Assembly (NCBI GenBank): GCA_002633005.1
Contig: NMRA01000851.1
Span: 1-64,000, forward strand
Direction: 5' to 3'
Source of the DNA: Phoronis australis
Taxonomy: Eukaryota; Animalia; Phoronida
Length of the DNA stretch: 64,000 bases
Shown here: positions 53,801-63,783 of the stretch, piece after piece
Numbering within the stretch: the stretch's first letter is position 1
Layout of the letters: each line of letters starts with the position of its first letter
The notes under the pieces: generated by a model
Seen by the model: the letters and a program-made list of their open reading frames with translations, nothing else
Told to the model about the DNA's origin: nothing
Database searches by the model: none
Position numbers and translations under genes: made by a program

Positions 53801-56800
53801 AGTGTAATAGGTGAATGCTTGCAAAGATACTATATAATATACTATAATGTCTTTGCAACTTGTCCGAAACGACAGGCAATCAAGACGTTACAGGTATTTT
53901 TATTGATTAGACCGGTGCCCTACCATGGTTACCACAGGTACCGAAGGCGTGAAGAAAGCCTGAGGAAAGCGTGAACTAAACCAGAGGCAAGCGTGAGGAC
54001 TACCCGGAGATTGGGCGTGAGGTGACCGTGACTGATTTCTGTCACGCCTGCGTTCCGGCTCGGCTCCGCTCTGGCCAGGCGTGAGGTAGTCCGGACGAAG
54101 TCTAAAAATTCAGTGGCTGTACTGTACTTTCAATATTGGAGGCAACGAACAATACCTTTGAAAAGGAACAGCTATTTTTAAAGAAAGGTATGTAAGTCAT
54201 TTTGTTAATTTACTTATTCAGGTCCTTAGCGGGGGATTGGCATGTGGGGTTGAGGTTGTAATATTTGGTACAACTGCATGTGTGGAAATAACAGGTAATA
54301 CATGTTTGGGGCAAAGAGCATGGTGAGGCAATTCTTAACCTTCATGAAGTCCCTTCAAGTTGATATCTTGAAACTGTTTTGCTACTTGTATCAGTTGTAA
54401 ACCAATGAAAATATATTTACATTTTCTGAATTCACAGTGATTGAATAGTCTTAACTCATGCTTTGAAATGTTGCAAGTCGTTATACATTCAAATGTCTGA
54501 AATTTTTATGAAAATTGCATTTTTGATGATGCTTTACGATTTGTAATTACTCTTAAACAACAAAAAGATTAGTCATTTTTAAATTACCCAAGTCTTCATA
54601 TCTTCTATTAGGAGAAAAATTAAAAGTCTGAGAAACGGTCCCCTCAACCTTAGACTAGAAGTATTCTTGACAGACCCATGAACCTGTAATCGGAGTTTGA
54701 AATTGCTGAAAGTATCAAATTTAAAAAGGCTTCAAGTGATATGCTGCTGTGTTTACCTCCAAGTGTCTAATTGTGGATGTTATTGAGGCTGAATGAGGTT
54801 ACATCAAAAAAGACACATATCGAAATTGGAACTTCTTTACAAGCGCTTCTATAGGCCATTGAAACTAGATCCCAGTGAAATGAAAGCCAAAAACTGAGTG
54901 ACATTAAATTTTCCTTTCAGAGGAAAGGCTTTATACTATTGGTAAAAAATTTCAATTTGGTACACATTGTGGGGAAATGACATTCAGTGACTTCATCGAT
55001 TGTCTTATTGTATGTTTTCAGTTGTAGCTAGCTGGCTAAGAATCTGCTATGCACAAGATTCGAGAATAAAGAATAATCAGTGTACTTAAAAACAAATGGC
55101 AAACTGAAACAGCACAGAAAGAAACAACATTGCAACGGAGTCTATAATCAGGCATATCAAGTGCTAATTTCTGAATTACGTTCAATTCTCTCAGGTTATT
55201 GCTGAAGGATTGCTTTTCACTTTTTCCAAAGGTAAAATAGGTGGCCGGGCGGTTGGTTTCAGTTGTTTTCTCTCACCTGTAACAGAATAGTCGGAGAAAT
55301 ATTAGCATATTGTAAAGGAAAAGACAAGACAAAACTACTTTTGTAAGGCAGAACATACTGGACGTTTCATCTTCATGTTTATGTGTAGAAACTAATAACC
55401 TTTTTACCCAAGTCTCATTTAACATCTGGATTAAAATATGTGAAATAGACTAAAAGTGATTTAACAATGTGTATTTTTCATGACACTTAAAATGTGCTTC
55501 TGCTCTCAACAAGTAAAATTCATTCTAGGTGTCATTTTTTCCAACGCAATGTTACGACATTTACTGAATTAAGGCTTATTCATGTTAATTCGATAACTGA
55601 GCTGGTGGTCCTGGGGGTGGGGTCCGCGATAAAATAAGGAAACTCACTCATCTAGAGAATTTTAATGGAAACAGCATAGTTCTGAAGAGAAACTGCTGTG
55701 AAAAAGTCACTCTTGACTCCTGTGCATCACGTACCATACACCTCCTATTTTGGGAACACTCCCACCCAGGACAATATGAATATGTGCTGCTAGACTACCC
55801 GGCATCGGGTGAGTTCCCTAATAGAAACACTTAGTTGCACTCAATAAATATGTTATTCAGTGGAGTAACTGGTGGGGATAACATCACCGAACGATGTTGA
55901 TAGAAACTTGATTGCTAAAAACTTACCAAGTAAAGTTGTGTACATGTAGTCTCCGAATGGAACTGCATACAGTAGTCATAGAGCAAACACGGGGCTTCAG
56001 CATCCACACACTTTTTGTCAGTTACTTGACTCTTTTGACCGCAATTGTCCACGGATATAGTAACTTTAGGTCTTTTGGGAATTTTGGTCACCTGTCGAAG
56101 ACTTGCACCAAAGAAAATAGAAGTAATAAGGCTAAGGGCGACGACGTATTTTGATAAGAATTCATCTTTTATCAGTTGTTTACATGCAGACAGCCATGCA
56201 TGCGCAATTTAATCACAACTAGTACAGCAGCGACACCGCGAGGAGAATTCTCCAAATAGCCCCATTTAGCAAAATGATTCTTGCAAATCTACAGCAAAAC
56301 ACTCACTTGGGTGGTCAGCCGCAAACGCTACTTCATAATGTTCGTCCCTGCAGTTACGCTGTCGTTTGAACTTCACCCTGTCCCTGTACAATTTATGGAC
56401 ACAATAGCATGTTTTGTCTCCTCTGTGGAAAACAGCGTACAGCCGTTTATAACCTGCTCCAACTTTGCATTCCAGGGCGCATTCGGCGAGTGTCGATGTT
56501 CCAGGTCGCTTTTTCCATCTCTGGCCAGGTAACGTTAACGTGTAACAACCTAAAGCTGCCAATTTATTACTCGATATAGAGTGAAACTCACTGTCAGTAA
56601 CGGACCTGCACACAGCAGAGGGTCATGTTTCATAGACTATACTTTCTATGGACTATAGACAAACTAACTCGCTGAAAACAAACAAACTCGCAGTCGTTTT
56701 CAAGATCTGAAAACAAACCATTTACCTTGTTTACGAATCGCTTCTAAGGCCAGTTCCAAATAATTTATCAAAGAAGTTGTGCATGTAGGGATTGTTATAA

Positions 56801-59800
56801 CACCCTATCGACCCCAAACTCCACGATCCCCTCGGCCCACGGCGAGCAACACCCTCGATCATGTGTTAACCAGCTCGACACAATCTGAACATAGAACGCG
56901 CGCTGACTTGCAGGGCTAACGAGTCTGACCGTGAGCTCGGCCGGCTTTCCTTGCTTTTTTGCAATTAAGAGAGTAGACGCGACAAGTTTGAAAGCCAAAA
57001 AACATTACGCCCGCTCCCAATCCGCTATTTCAGATCATCTGATTACACAACTTTCTGTTTTAACCACTAGACTTGAGCCACAGCAGATTCGCGGTTAGGT
57101 ACAGTACATGGAAGTCTGACTACATGTACATGTATAGAGTCACTTAACAACGTAATATGATAGTGAAATGTGTAAAAAGCGCAGATACATGTACAATTCA
57201 TTGCCGGAGGTCGTCGGTGTAGGAGGTTGTGGCTCTTGGGCTTATCGGTCGAGGGGGTCGTGGGTAGAGGGGTTTTGAGAACTATCTTACACATAGGGAC
57301 ATATATCGTTTTGTTTAACAGTTCTGACAATGGATAACGGAAGATCAGGTGCCCAGGGTAAATAAAATCATTTTATTAGTTCTGTTGTTGTTATCGGGTC
57401 AAAATCTTTCCATGAAAACATACCCGGTAACCAAAAACATGTGGCCTGTGATAATTAAGACAGGAGTAACTGAAATGTAAGCCTGATGTTGTGTTGTCCG
57501 CTACATTGTCAGATCTCCGAAAACACATTCAAAGTAATCGCGAAGAGGGTTAAAAGGCCAAAATTATTGTTTTTGTGAGAAACGATAAGAGTTAGATTAT
57601 CTAAATAACAATCAAAACCACTTTAATAGTGCCTGCACGGAAGAATCAGGCACAATGCAATAATCTGGAAACATCACTTGTCGCGAAGTTTGAAATTGGT
57701 ATCTCACGGGTTGCCCAAGCTCCAAACAATTGAAAATTTGTTCAGGACTCTATTAAAGAATAAAGAAAACTAGCAATTCGCTTCAACTGTGTCGCCAGTT
57801 ATGATCAGATAATTCATGTTCCAGTTTTAATAAAAGACTTTAAAGAGTTACCACCATGGCCCTGTGTCTAAAAGAACTTTTGTTACCGTGTGACTTTTAA
57901 TTACATGTATGTCGCTAAGCTAGTTACTTAATCTATGTTCAGTTGAGAGTAGAGATTTATTCCGCAGGTACATGTATGAACGTAACGGAATAAAGGCTGT
58001 GGACAATGAAAAGTGTTTTGCGTTTAACCAATTCGTGTTACTAAACAAACCAAATGTGTTTTGATATAATCGGGGTTGTACGTAATGGGTGGAAGATCGT
58101 CTCCGCCGTTGTTTTTACCCGTGCGGAACTTAGGAGTTGTGAGGGAAGTCTGTGGAGAGCCACCTTTTTCAGACATGAAAAGGTGCCTTTGTGGAGGAAG
58201 ACTGAGAACGCCTCTGTGTTCGAATTGACGTGAAAGTTGCACAGGAATGGCATCGGTTTGTGCGCCGTACGAGATTGTGGAATGACAATGTGGAACAAAC
58301 GATTCAAGTCGGTCGGTAGCCACACTTTGTTCGGCATATTTCAGTCGAGGACTTGTGTTTCGACCAAACACAAAAGAGGCCTTACAATGAAGGACAAACT
58401 GCTTCCAAGTGATGCCAGGCAATCTACCCCGTCCCAGATCGAGTGCTGTAACACGTACATGTACATGTAGGCTTATTCAGTGTGTTTAGACGGTGCTAAT
58501 TCCATCAAGCCAACATTTAATACGACTGACCCAGGTTTAATGTGTCCTCAATCAGTGATTATTCAGTGAGAATATTGACCAACCCTTGGTTCAGTTGGTT
58601 GTGGCTCAGATACATGTATGCCTGCTGCATTCTCGTGCAAGTGGGCCTCTCGTTCATGTGGCCTCAAAGCATACGAAAGTTGGCCAGGAATTCGAATTCA
58701 TTGTCTGATTCTTCTAGATATACTGTAGTACTTGAGTGTGATGGCCGCATTCACCAGGGGATTTACATCAAACTGTTACCAAACATTGATTGACAAAAAA
58801 CTTAAGGATTACCGGATATATCGTGCCGGTAAAAATATTTAATTGCATATGTTATGTCTAGTTAATGTGGACTGTTCATTGGTCAGTTGCATAAGTCAAT
58901 AAATGAAAACCGACCTCCTATTTTATAAAGACCTGGGTATTCATCAACTAAGTCGTTCGCAGAATATTCAAACAACATTACCCAATTAGATTCATCATTG
59001 TTTTTAAACAGTTTGAACCCCAGAGCTGTCCTATGATAGGGGGTGGTGAGGGCAGGCCTGTAAACCGAACTCCTCCCCCTGCCGAAAGGATCCAACCCCA
59101 GCCCGGCTATCCGCTGCCGTAAGGTGTAGTTCAACAACAACAAAGATGTTTTCGTTTTGTATACATAACTTCCCTGCACTTCCCGTTGTTCAAAACCAGA
59201 CTTTAAGCCGCATTTTCCTGCAGAAAACTCCAACATGTCAAAAGCTGCTAGTTTACAGTATTCTTAAACAAGTAGGAATAGGCCTATCAACAAATCTTTG
59301 GCAAATAAAAACAGACTTCTCATGTTGACAGGGAATTAGTATGGAGGCCGACCTTGCAAGCTTCATACTAGCAAAAGACTCGACGGAAGAATTGTCTAAC
59401 GCTAGAATTCTGGAAAAGGATACTGAAGTGGTTTTAGACAGAAAGGTGAACGTACACTTTAAGGAAAATGGGAACAACCCCATGGCAAAAGATCAAGCGA
59501 TTATCGATGCTTTCTCCATTGTAATGCATGGAGTGGTGACTCTGAAAGATTGGCAGAAGATAACGGTTATCCAGAAAAGTATACCTGTAACGATACTTTT
59601 ACATGCGCAGCATTGGAAAATGAAGAACGTCATCTATAATTCGGCTTTAGTTCAAAGTGAAATTTGGGACAACATGTCTAACAAACCGACATTGTAAAGG
59701 AAATAAAATATGTTATTGCTGCTGAAGTTAGGTCCAACAAGGAAGAACTATCCCATACCCTTGCTCAAACAAGTAGTAAATGCCAACGACGTCCGACAAA

Positions 59801-62800
59801 AATACATAGCAGTAGCGTTCAGAGTTTTCTTACAACTCACTTTCTATTCAAATGCCTGCATCCTAGTTCTAGGAAAAGTAAAAAAAATGAAACATATTTA
59901 ATTTAACTGCAAATCAGTCACAATTTCAAAAACGTTATATATATGTATTCATTGGATGGCCCCTCATGTGAATGGCCCGGGCCGTCGTCCCGTCACCCCC
60001 TGTCCTTCCGCAATCTACTGGTTGCAAGTAATAATCTTTCGCGGAATACAGCGGACAAGCTTGTAGTTGAATGCATTAGGAACTCCCTTGGTGTCGACGT
60101 TGCCAACTGCCCAGGCCAAAGATATTTATAAATCTGAATCAAATGCACGTGTAATGTAAGTGATGAACAGAATGGCGTTCAGGCACTCCTGCACGCTTAT
60201 GTTTAAAGAATACGAATCTGTAGACCCTCTTCTCATGTGCGCCTTACTCGTTGTGCTGGGGCAAGCCACGAAGCATACATCTTCATGGGAGCAGGTTTGA
60301 GTGGAGTCTCACTGAAACTGACGCGTGCTGCGTTTCCCACTTTCCCTTATGTATTGATAACTTAATGAGACTTTGCCTGCACAAGGTTGCTTCCGAAAAA
60401 GTACAGGGTCAACGTCAATTTTTCGAAATGTCATCAAGAGGTCTACTGTTTTAGAAACGCGTGCCACCTTTGCGTAACCCTGACTACTGGACTGCATTTC
60501 TCCAAGTCAAGTGGGTATTTTGCTCTTTCATTTATTGCTTCTATTTAATCCGACTTCTTGATATAATTTTGGATGAAAAAACGAAAGAAACAAGACAATT
60601 CGTTATTTAGTATTTTCTCGGCTATCTTCCTAGTAGAAAGAACATAACCTTGTCTTGAAACATTACGCTCTATTTACCGGAGAAACAAATTAAACGGTGC
60701 ACAGAAAATTAGCCATATCAGACAAAATTTCTCAAAAACAAAATGCAGGGAACGTGTGAAACAGATTTTCTCTAGTTGGGGTCGTTTCATAATCTGAAGC
60801 CCAGCTCATGCACCCCGTATAGCTCACGTGGTTTTGAAATCAAACACATGGTAGCATTGTGTTTTGACAAGAAAAGTTTCCAAATGCGGAATTCAGACTG
60901 ACGATTTTGGTTTTGTATCCAGCGCAAGGTTAACTTTCAGACAATTTACCTAATTCAAGTATGTTTATTGACTAACGAGCAATTTTAGTTATTTTGTTGT
61001 GAAAAACACGACTAGGGGATCGCCTGCATTCCACCGTACATTAAAGGAGAGGCAACATTTTCCACATGATTTAGCAAAAATAAGGTTCATTCATTATCCC
61101 AGACATAAGTTTCACGTAATTACAGTTTTTCACAACTAATTTTATAATTCGTCCTCTATTCCGGAAGGACCTCGCTAAAAAGCAAGACTTCGCGAGATTA
61201 AGTGAGATATTGCCGTGTATTTTAAATGAAAACACGTGACTTTGACTAGGTTTTAGCTACTGTATGTCCTAGCGTAGGTCCTAGCGTCTACTGAACGCAC
61301 GCAACGCCTGCTAGACACCGAATGAAGAGGACAGTTTGTCGTGCAATGAACAGATCGGTGAGCCAAACATTGATAAATTTATTGAGGACTTCTCTAAAGT
61401 ATTGGAGCTATTTAGAAGGTCCCAGGTGGGTAGCGAGGGAGTCACACAGCGGAATGTAAGCAGTTTGTGTGCTCAGGTAATCATCCAGTGGGGGAGTATT
61501 GCGGGACACTAGGGCAAGTGGGACAGTTGTTCCTCTATCTGTGAGACGACAATGAGTACATCCCAGCACGCAGCAACTGTGTGGCAAGTTGACTGACTTG
61601 TAAACAAAATGAAACGACGACCGAACTTATCACAACCGGCAGCTCTCACAATTGGTCTTCATGAAAAGAAATTGGCGCGAAATTCTTGCCTCCCTAATCG
61701 CCACTTCCGGAGTAGCAAACGAGTAATTGTATCAATGACAAAACGCTGTAATTACCTGAAAAATATGTCTGGGATAATCAACGAACCTTATTTTGGTAAA
61801 ATGTCATTTAAACTGTTGCCTTCGCCTTTAAGTGACAGTGGCTATATTTAGTTGGTGGCCACGGGCGGTGCAGGCTACGATTCAAACAAATATTCACACC
61901 AACTGATACCCAAAAAAACTCTTTCAGAAATTTTATGTGTGTATTCTGAGGCACGTTTGTCACTCTGTACACATACGCTTGATCGTTGCATATATTCTTT
62001 GCGCCAAAATCCCGGGCTTCACGAAACAAGGTTAAAAGATCTTTGAAATAAAGAACTTGCCACATAATTTATATCATTTTGTTGCGTACCCTGAGTAATC
62101 TACAAGTACGATACAAAGATTCAGCACTTATTTAAATGTTTCTAAAATTGGGGTCATCATTCATCAGATTTAGTCCCCAAAATATAAGAAGGTCAATTTT
62201 ACTCAAACCATGATTTTCCAAACCTAACGAACATTTGAATTATTAATCATTCCTTATGTAAAAAATAGTGAAACGAAATGTTCCCAAAAGTTGCCATTTC
62301 ATGCAGTCACTATTAAGGCTATGCAGGGTCATGGAAAATGTTCACTTGGAACATTATATCTCAAAAGCGGCTGAACAATTTTATGCAAAATTATTCTAGA
62401 CACTGCTAGGCATTGTACGTTCTGTTCTTACATGTACATGAGGGGTGTCAAAATTCTTTTATGATTTTAATTAAAAAATCTTGCACTGCATTAAACGTAA
62501 ACGAAACGATAATTTAGAAAAAAATATCGTGCTACTGAGTCTGTTATTTTGCTGTCAGTGTAACTTTCCTTTTTCGCAATATTATGCAAAAAGTCACGAT
62601 TGCCTGACCATATTGATGACAGTTTGGTAAAGACTCGGCAATCAAACTCAATCAGTGCCAAGATTTTTCCTCAGACGGTTGAGCGACCCGAATCTTACTC
62701 ACTACGTCAGGAAGGATCAGCCTTCGGTCTGGCACCAACAGTCGATGTTTTGAGACCGATTACTCAGGGTAGTACATTTATCATATGCTCAAATTCGTTG

Positions 62801-63498
62801 ATGCTCTCCAATGCTAAATCTTAAATTTGCGCTTCACAGGCGCACGCGACTACATGTAAGTTGTTTTCGCATTCGTATTTAAAGGAAATTTAAATACGTT
62901 TCAGCAAATTCAAATGAAAGAAAAAGCCTTACTGTGAGAAAAGTTACAATAATATGAAGAGTGGAAGTCACGAAGTTGGTACTTAGCGTTTTGCTAGTAA
63001 ACTGCTTTGTTTTGAAACTTGGTACCCCAGATGTTCATTTTGAGTTACTGAATTAGGCACAGCACCATGATCCAGAGAGAAATTTCTTAACCTAAAACAG
63101 CTGTTTTGACCTCAAGAGAAAACTTGACTTGAGTCTTTCTAATTTCAGAAACCATATACTGTACCTTTTGCTGAGTTGAAATCAACACTTTTGTAGTTAT
63201 TTGGCTGAATACCGGGTTTGGTTGTTTATATACTCACGTTTGGGAGAAGTATCCGGTGTAAGTATTTGAACGCTGTGGACCGTGAAGGGATAATCATGGA
63301 AGAGGACTTTCCACCACAACGGTTCCTTGCTTTCTTCGCTTAGGCGGAAATGGTTCAAACAGTAGTACCCATACCTTTCGTCTCGGTCGTTAGGCCAAAC
63401 ACCGTCATTGGCTACCATAACGTTTTTTCTTCCAAAGTGATTTTTTTCGTCTTCTTTGTGGGACGACATACTTGATTTCTTGTACACCGCCATGTTAC
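24955..63498 (-). CDS. Multi-exon mosaic type I membrane protein (FTP/F-type lectin, WSC-like, kringle x2, TSP1, stalk, TM); 5' end outside the window
   Basis: At least 11 exons with canonical AG/GT, all phase 1-1, on the same strand, ending in TM + RRK + stop. Joining them into one gene is an inference. Confidence 0.7.
26041..27727. repeat. Near-identical duplicate 26,041-26,710 / 27,058-27,727 around a gap
   Basis: Same start TTTCGAAAGAATGAAG and end GAATAATTAT; the two copies continue into different sequence. Confidence 0.85.
26796..26917. repeat. 51-bp minisatellite containing the palindrome CCCCTATATTAATATAGGGG
   Basis: TATATTAATA at 26,800, 26,851 and 26,902; the array runs into the gap. 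Confidence 0.85.
28314..28385 (-). CDS. Stalk exon (72 nt)
   Basis: ttttatttctttcag|...|gtaagt, phase 1-1, DYSENDTVDEWYSADANLPNGTSI, with two N-glycosylation sequons. Confidence 0.7.
28723..28791 (-). CDS. Stalk exon (69 nt)
   Basis: cttattcag|...|gtgagt, phase 1-1, DPEALEELTLKDNTRQNAKVVVN. Confidence 0.65.
29411..30283 (-). mobile_element. PIF/Harbinger deletion derivative with transposase N-terminal remnant (30,125 to about 29,900)
   Basis: TIR GTGCCCGGTTGCAtGAaACAGTACC / GGTACTGTcTCtTGCAACCGGGCAC. Remnant MAD...KRIFRDITNPIATFSGSEL then (frameshift) RFRCSRVGIFMIV...ISPTEV resembles HARBI1-type N-termini. Confidence 0.75.
31988..33485. repeat. Diverged tandem dimer (about 31,988-32,842 / 32,843-33,485)
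   Basis: Both copies start TAATTAG.CAGAT.ACGAGTAGCCG and share GCGCACCGTGCACAT. Copy A has an extra block of about 190 bp. Confidence 0.8.
34447..34700. mobile_element. Harbinger-like MITE (inverted copy at 46,556-46,804)
   Basis: Termini GGGACCTGCTTCAAGAAACTGACTTAA ... GTCTGTTTTGTCGGAACGGGCC; internal CACATTCGGTAAG is shared with the 46.7-kb copy. Confidence 0.65.
37355..37555 (-). CDS. FTP/F-type lectin domain, C-terminal half exon
   Basis: DVAVPPINAYV...NLC...PCTNVLTGKTVRI...LTLCEVEVWP; phase 1-1, |gtgagt. Confidence 0.85.
37722..37796. repeat. 25-bp minisatellite x3
   Basis: GCGGTCGGCAGAAGTATGGGGGGAG three times. Confidence 0.95.
38223..38426 (-). CDS. FTP/F-type lectin domain, N-terminal half exon
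   Basis: KPISQGKPTRQSS...LAVDG...SCAHA...WWEVDL...; tttgcag| ... |gtatgg, phase 1-1. Confidence 0.88.
38900..39178 (-). CDS. Kringle domain exon
   Basis: SCKEDDLGTAFRGKVSVSKNDHLCQPW...YNFCRNAD...GPWCY...WDYCNIPRC; phase 1-1, |gtaagt. Confidence 0.92.
39676..39828 (-). CDS. Thrombospondin type-1 (TSP1) exon
   Basis: FGQWTPWGPCDKETHTRSRTRDC...C...C; tttcag| ... |gtgagt, phase 1-1. Confidence 0.88.
40947..41135 (-). CDS. Compact kringle-like exon (not in this frame in the ORF track)
   Basis: GCYDRSNNYAHSEKLKVTRTGKKCRDNSDCHNSPDTQNRLWCYVDPNPTSSTYEFCDPPECTD; six Cys, phase 1-1, |gtgagt. Confidence 0.8.
41590..41796 (-). CDS. FTP/F-type lectin domain, C-terminal half exon
   Basis: RRPLSNIKLLV...EC...IKCKKDTYGNTLKV...LSLCEVAVYFEPI; ccttgtag| ... 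|gtgagt, phase 1-1. Confidence 0.85.
41855..41881. repeat. (GA)n microsatellite
   Basis: Direct read. Confidence 0.95.
42087..45389. mobile_element. ISL2EU-like (PHIS group) non-autonomous transposon, copy 1
   Basis: AT|GGGGCTATTCGGA ... TCCGAATAGCCCC|AT. SAP-like remnant VQLNLRLRKKGASKRGSKHDLIQR|gt (about 42,200-42,270) and a YqaJ-like remnant. Confidence 0.8.
43757..43930 (+). pseudogene. YqaJ/lambda-exonuclease remnant of ISL2EU
   Basis: HKPAVLHGTIC*SVALEKCE...GVSVYPDELYLTATQISLVGEDAL resembles the YqaJ pattern AxxHGxxxExxA...GLxVxP..PYLxATPDGLV; internal stops. Confidence 0.55.
46556..46804. mobile_element. Harbinger-like MITE
   Basis: GGGACCCGTTCCAACAAAACTGACTTAG ... CTTAAGTCAGTTTCTTGGAACAGGCCCC; reverse-complement homolog of 34,447-34,700. 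Confidence 0.65.
50255..50465 (+). pseudogene. THAP-domain relic (older Kolobok-like family)
   Basis: RCIVPACRNY, frameshift, then RKWLAVVKN...YEAVNHLRVCGRHFFDSDF...RL. Confidence 0.7.
51743..52000 (-). mobile_element. RNase H relic of an I/R1-group LINE
   Basis: WVRVHVGINSNENVDRLAK matches the WVxGHxGIxGNExADxLAK motif. Confidence 0.7.
52123..56263. mobile_element. ISL2EU-like element, copy 2, with nested insertions and an internal deletion
   Basis: AT|GGGGCTCTTCGGAAAATC ... TCCAAATAGCCCC|AT. Colinear with 42,087-45,389 but lacks about 43,410-44,060. Confidence 0.8.
52733..54124. mobile_element. Non-autonomous TA-targeting (Tc1/mariner-like) element
   Basis: TA|CAGTACAGCCAGTGAATTATTAGACT ... 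AGTCTAAAAATTCAGTGGCTGTACTG|TA (24/26 TIR match), with subterminal (G/C)CGTGA and CCGGA motif arrays. Absent from the paralogous site at 42,854. Confidence 0.85.
56307..56549 (-). CDS. WSC-like cysteine-rich exon
   Basis: GCY...STLAECALEC...GYKRLYAVF..GDKTCYC...C...YEV; |gtgagt, phase 1-1. The acceptor could alternatively be at 56,555. Confidence 0.7.
61045..61827. mobile_element. Older Kolobok internal-deletion derivative (783 bp)
   Basis: TTAA|AGGAGAGGCAAC ... GTTGCCTTCGCCT|TTAA. Diverged TIRs; 61,555-61,690 resembles the THAP start region at 5700-5850. Confidence 0.85.
63238..63498 (-). CDS. FTP/F-type lectin domain, N-terminal half exon
   Basis: GNMAVYKKSSMSS...VANDG...YCLNH...PLWWKV...VHSVQI; ttttgctcag| ... 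|gtgagt, phase 1-1. Confidence 0.8.
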
Positions 63499-63737
63499 CT
63501 GAGCAAAACAGGTTACATTTCAATAGCTTTCGTAGGGAATAACGTTTGGTTGAGATGGATTAACGTAAATAAAGTGTCTCAGTCTACCTGCTCCTTGACA
63601 AGACGAGCTGTGATATTTGCCCATAGAAAAGAATGACTGTTCTGATCAACATTTGACAGCATGCTATGTCTGTGACGCAATTTCTTCCATTTCTGGGATA
63701 ATTGCTGATATCAGGACGAATTCTTAATCACCAGGTA

Positions 63738-63783
63738 GTGTGTGTGTATGTGTGTGTGTGTCTGTGTGTGTGTGTGTCTGTGT
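63738..63783. repeat. (GT)n-rich microsatellite
   Basis: Direct read. Confidence 0.9.

Noticed and set aside
62703-62813. Strong minus-strand donor GTGAGTAA suggesting an exon
   Set aside because: All three frames contain stops.
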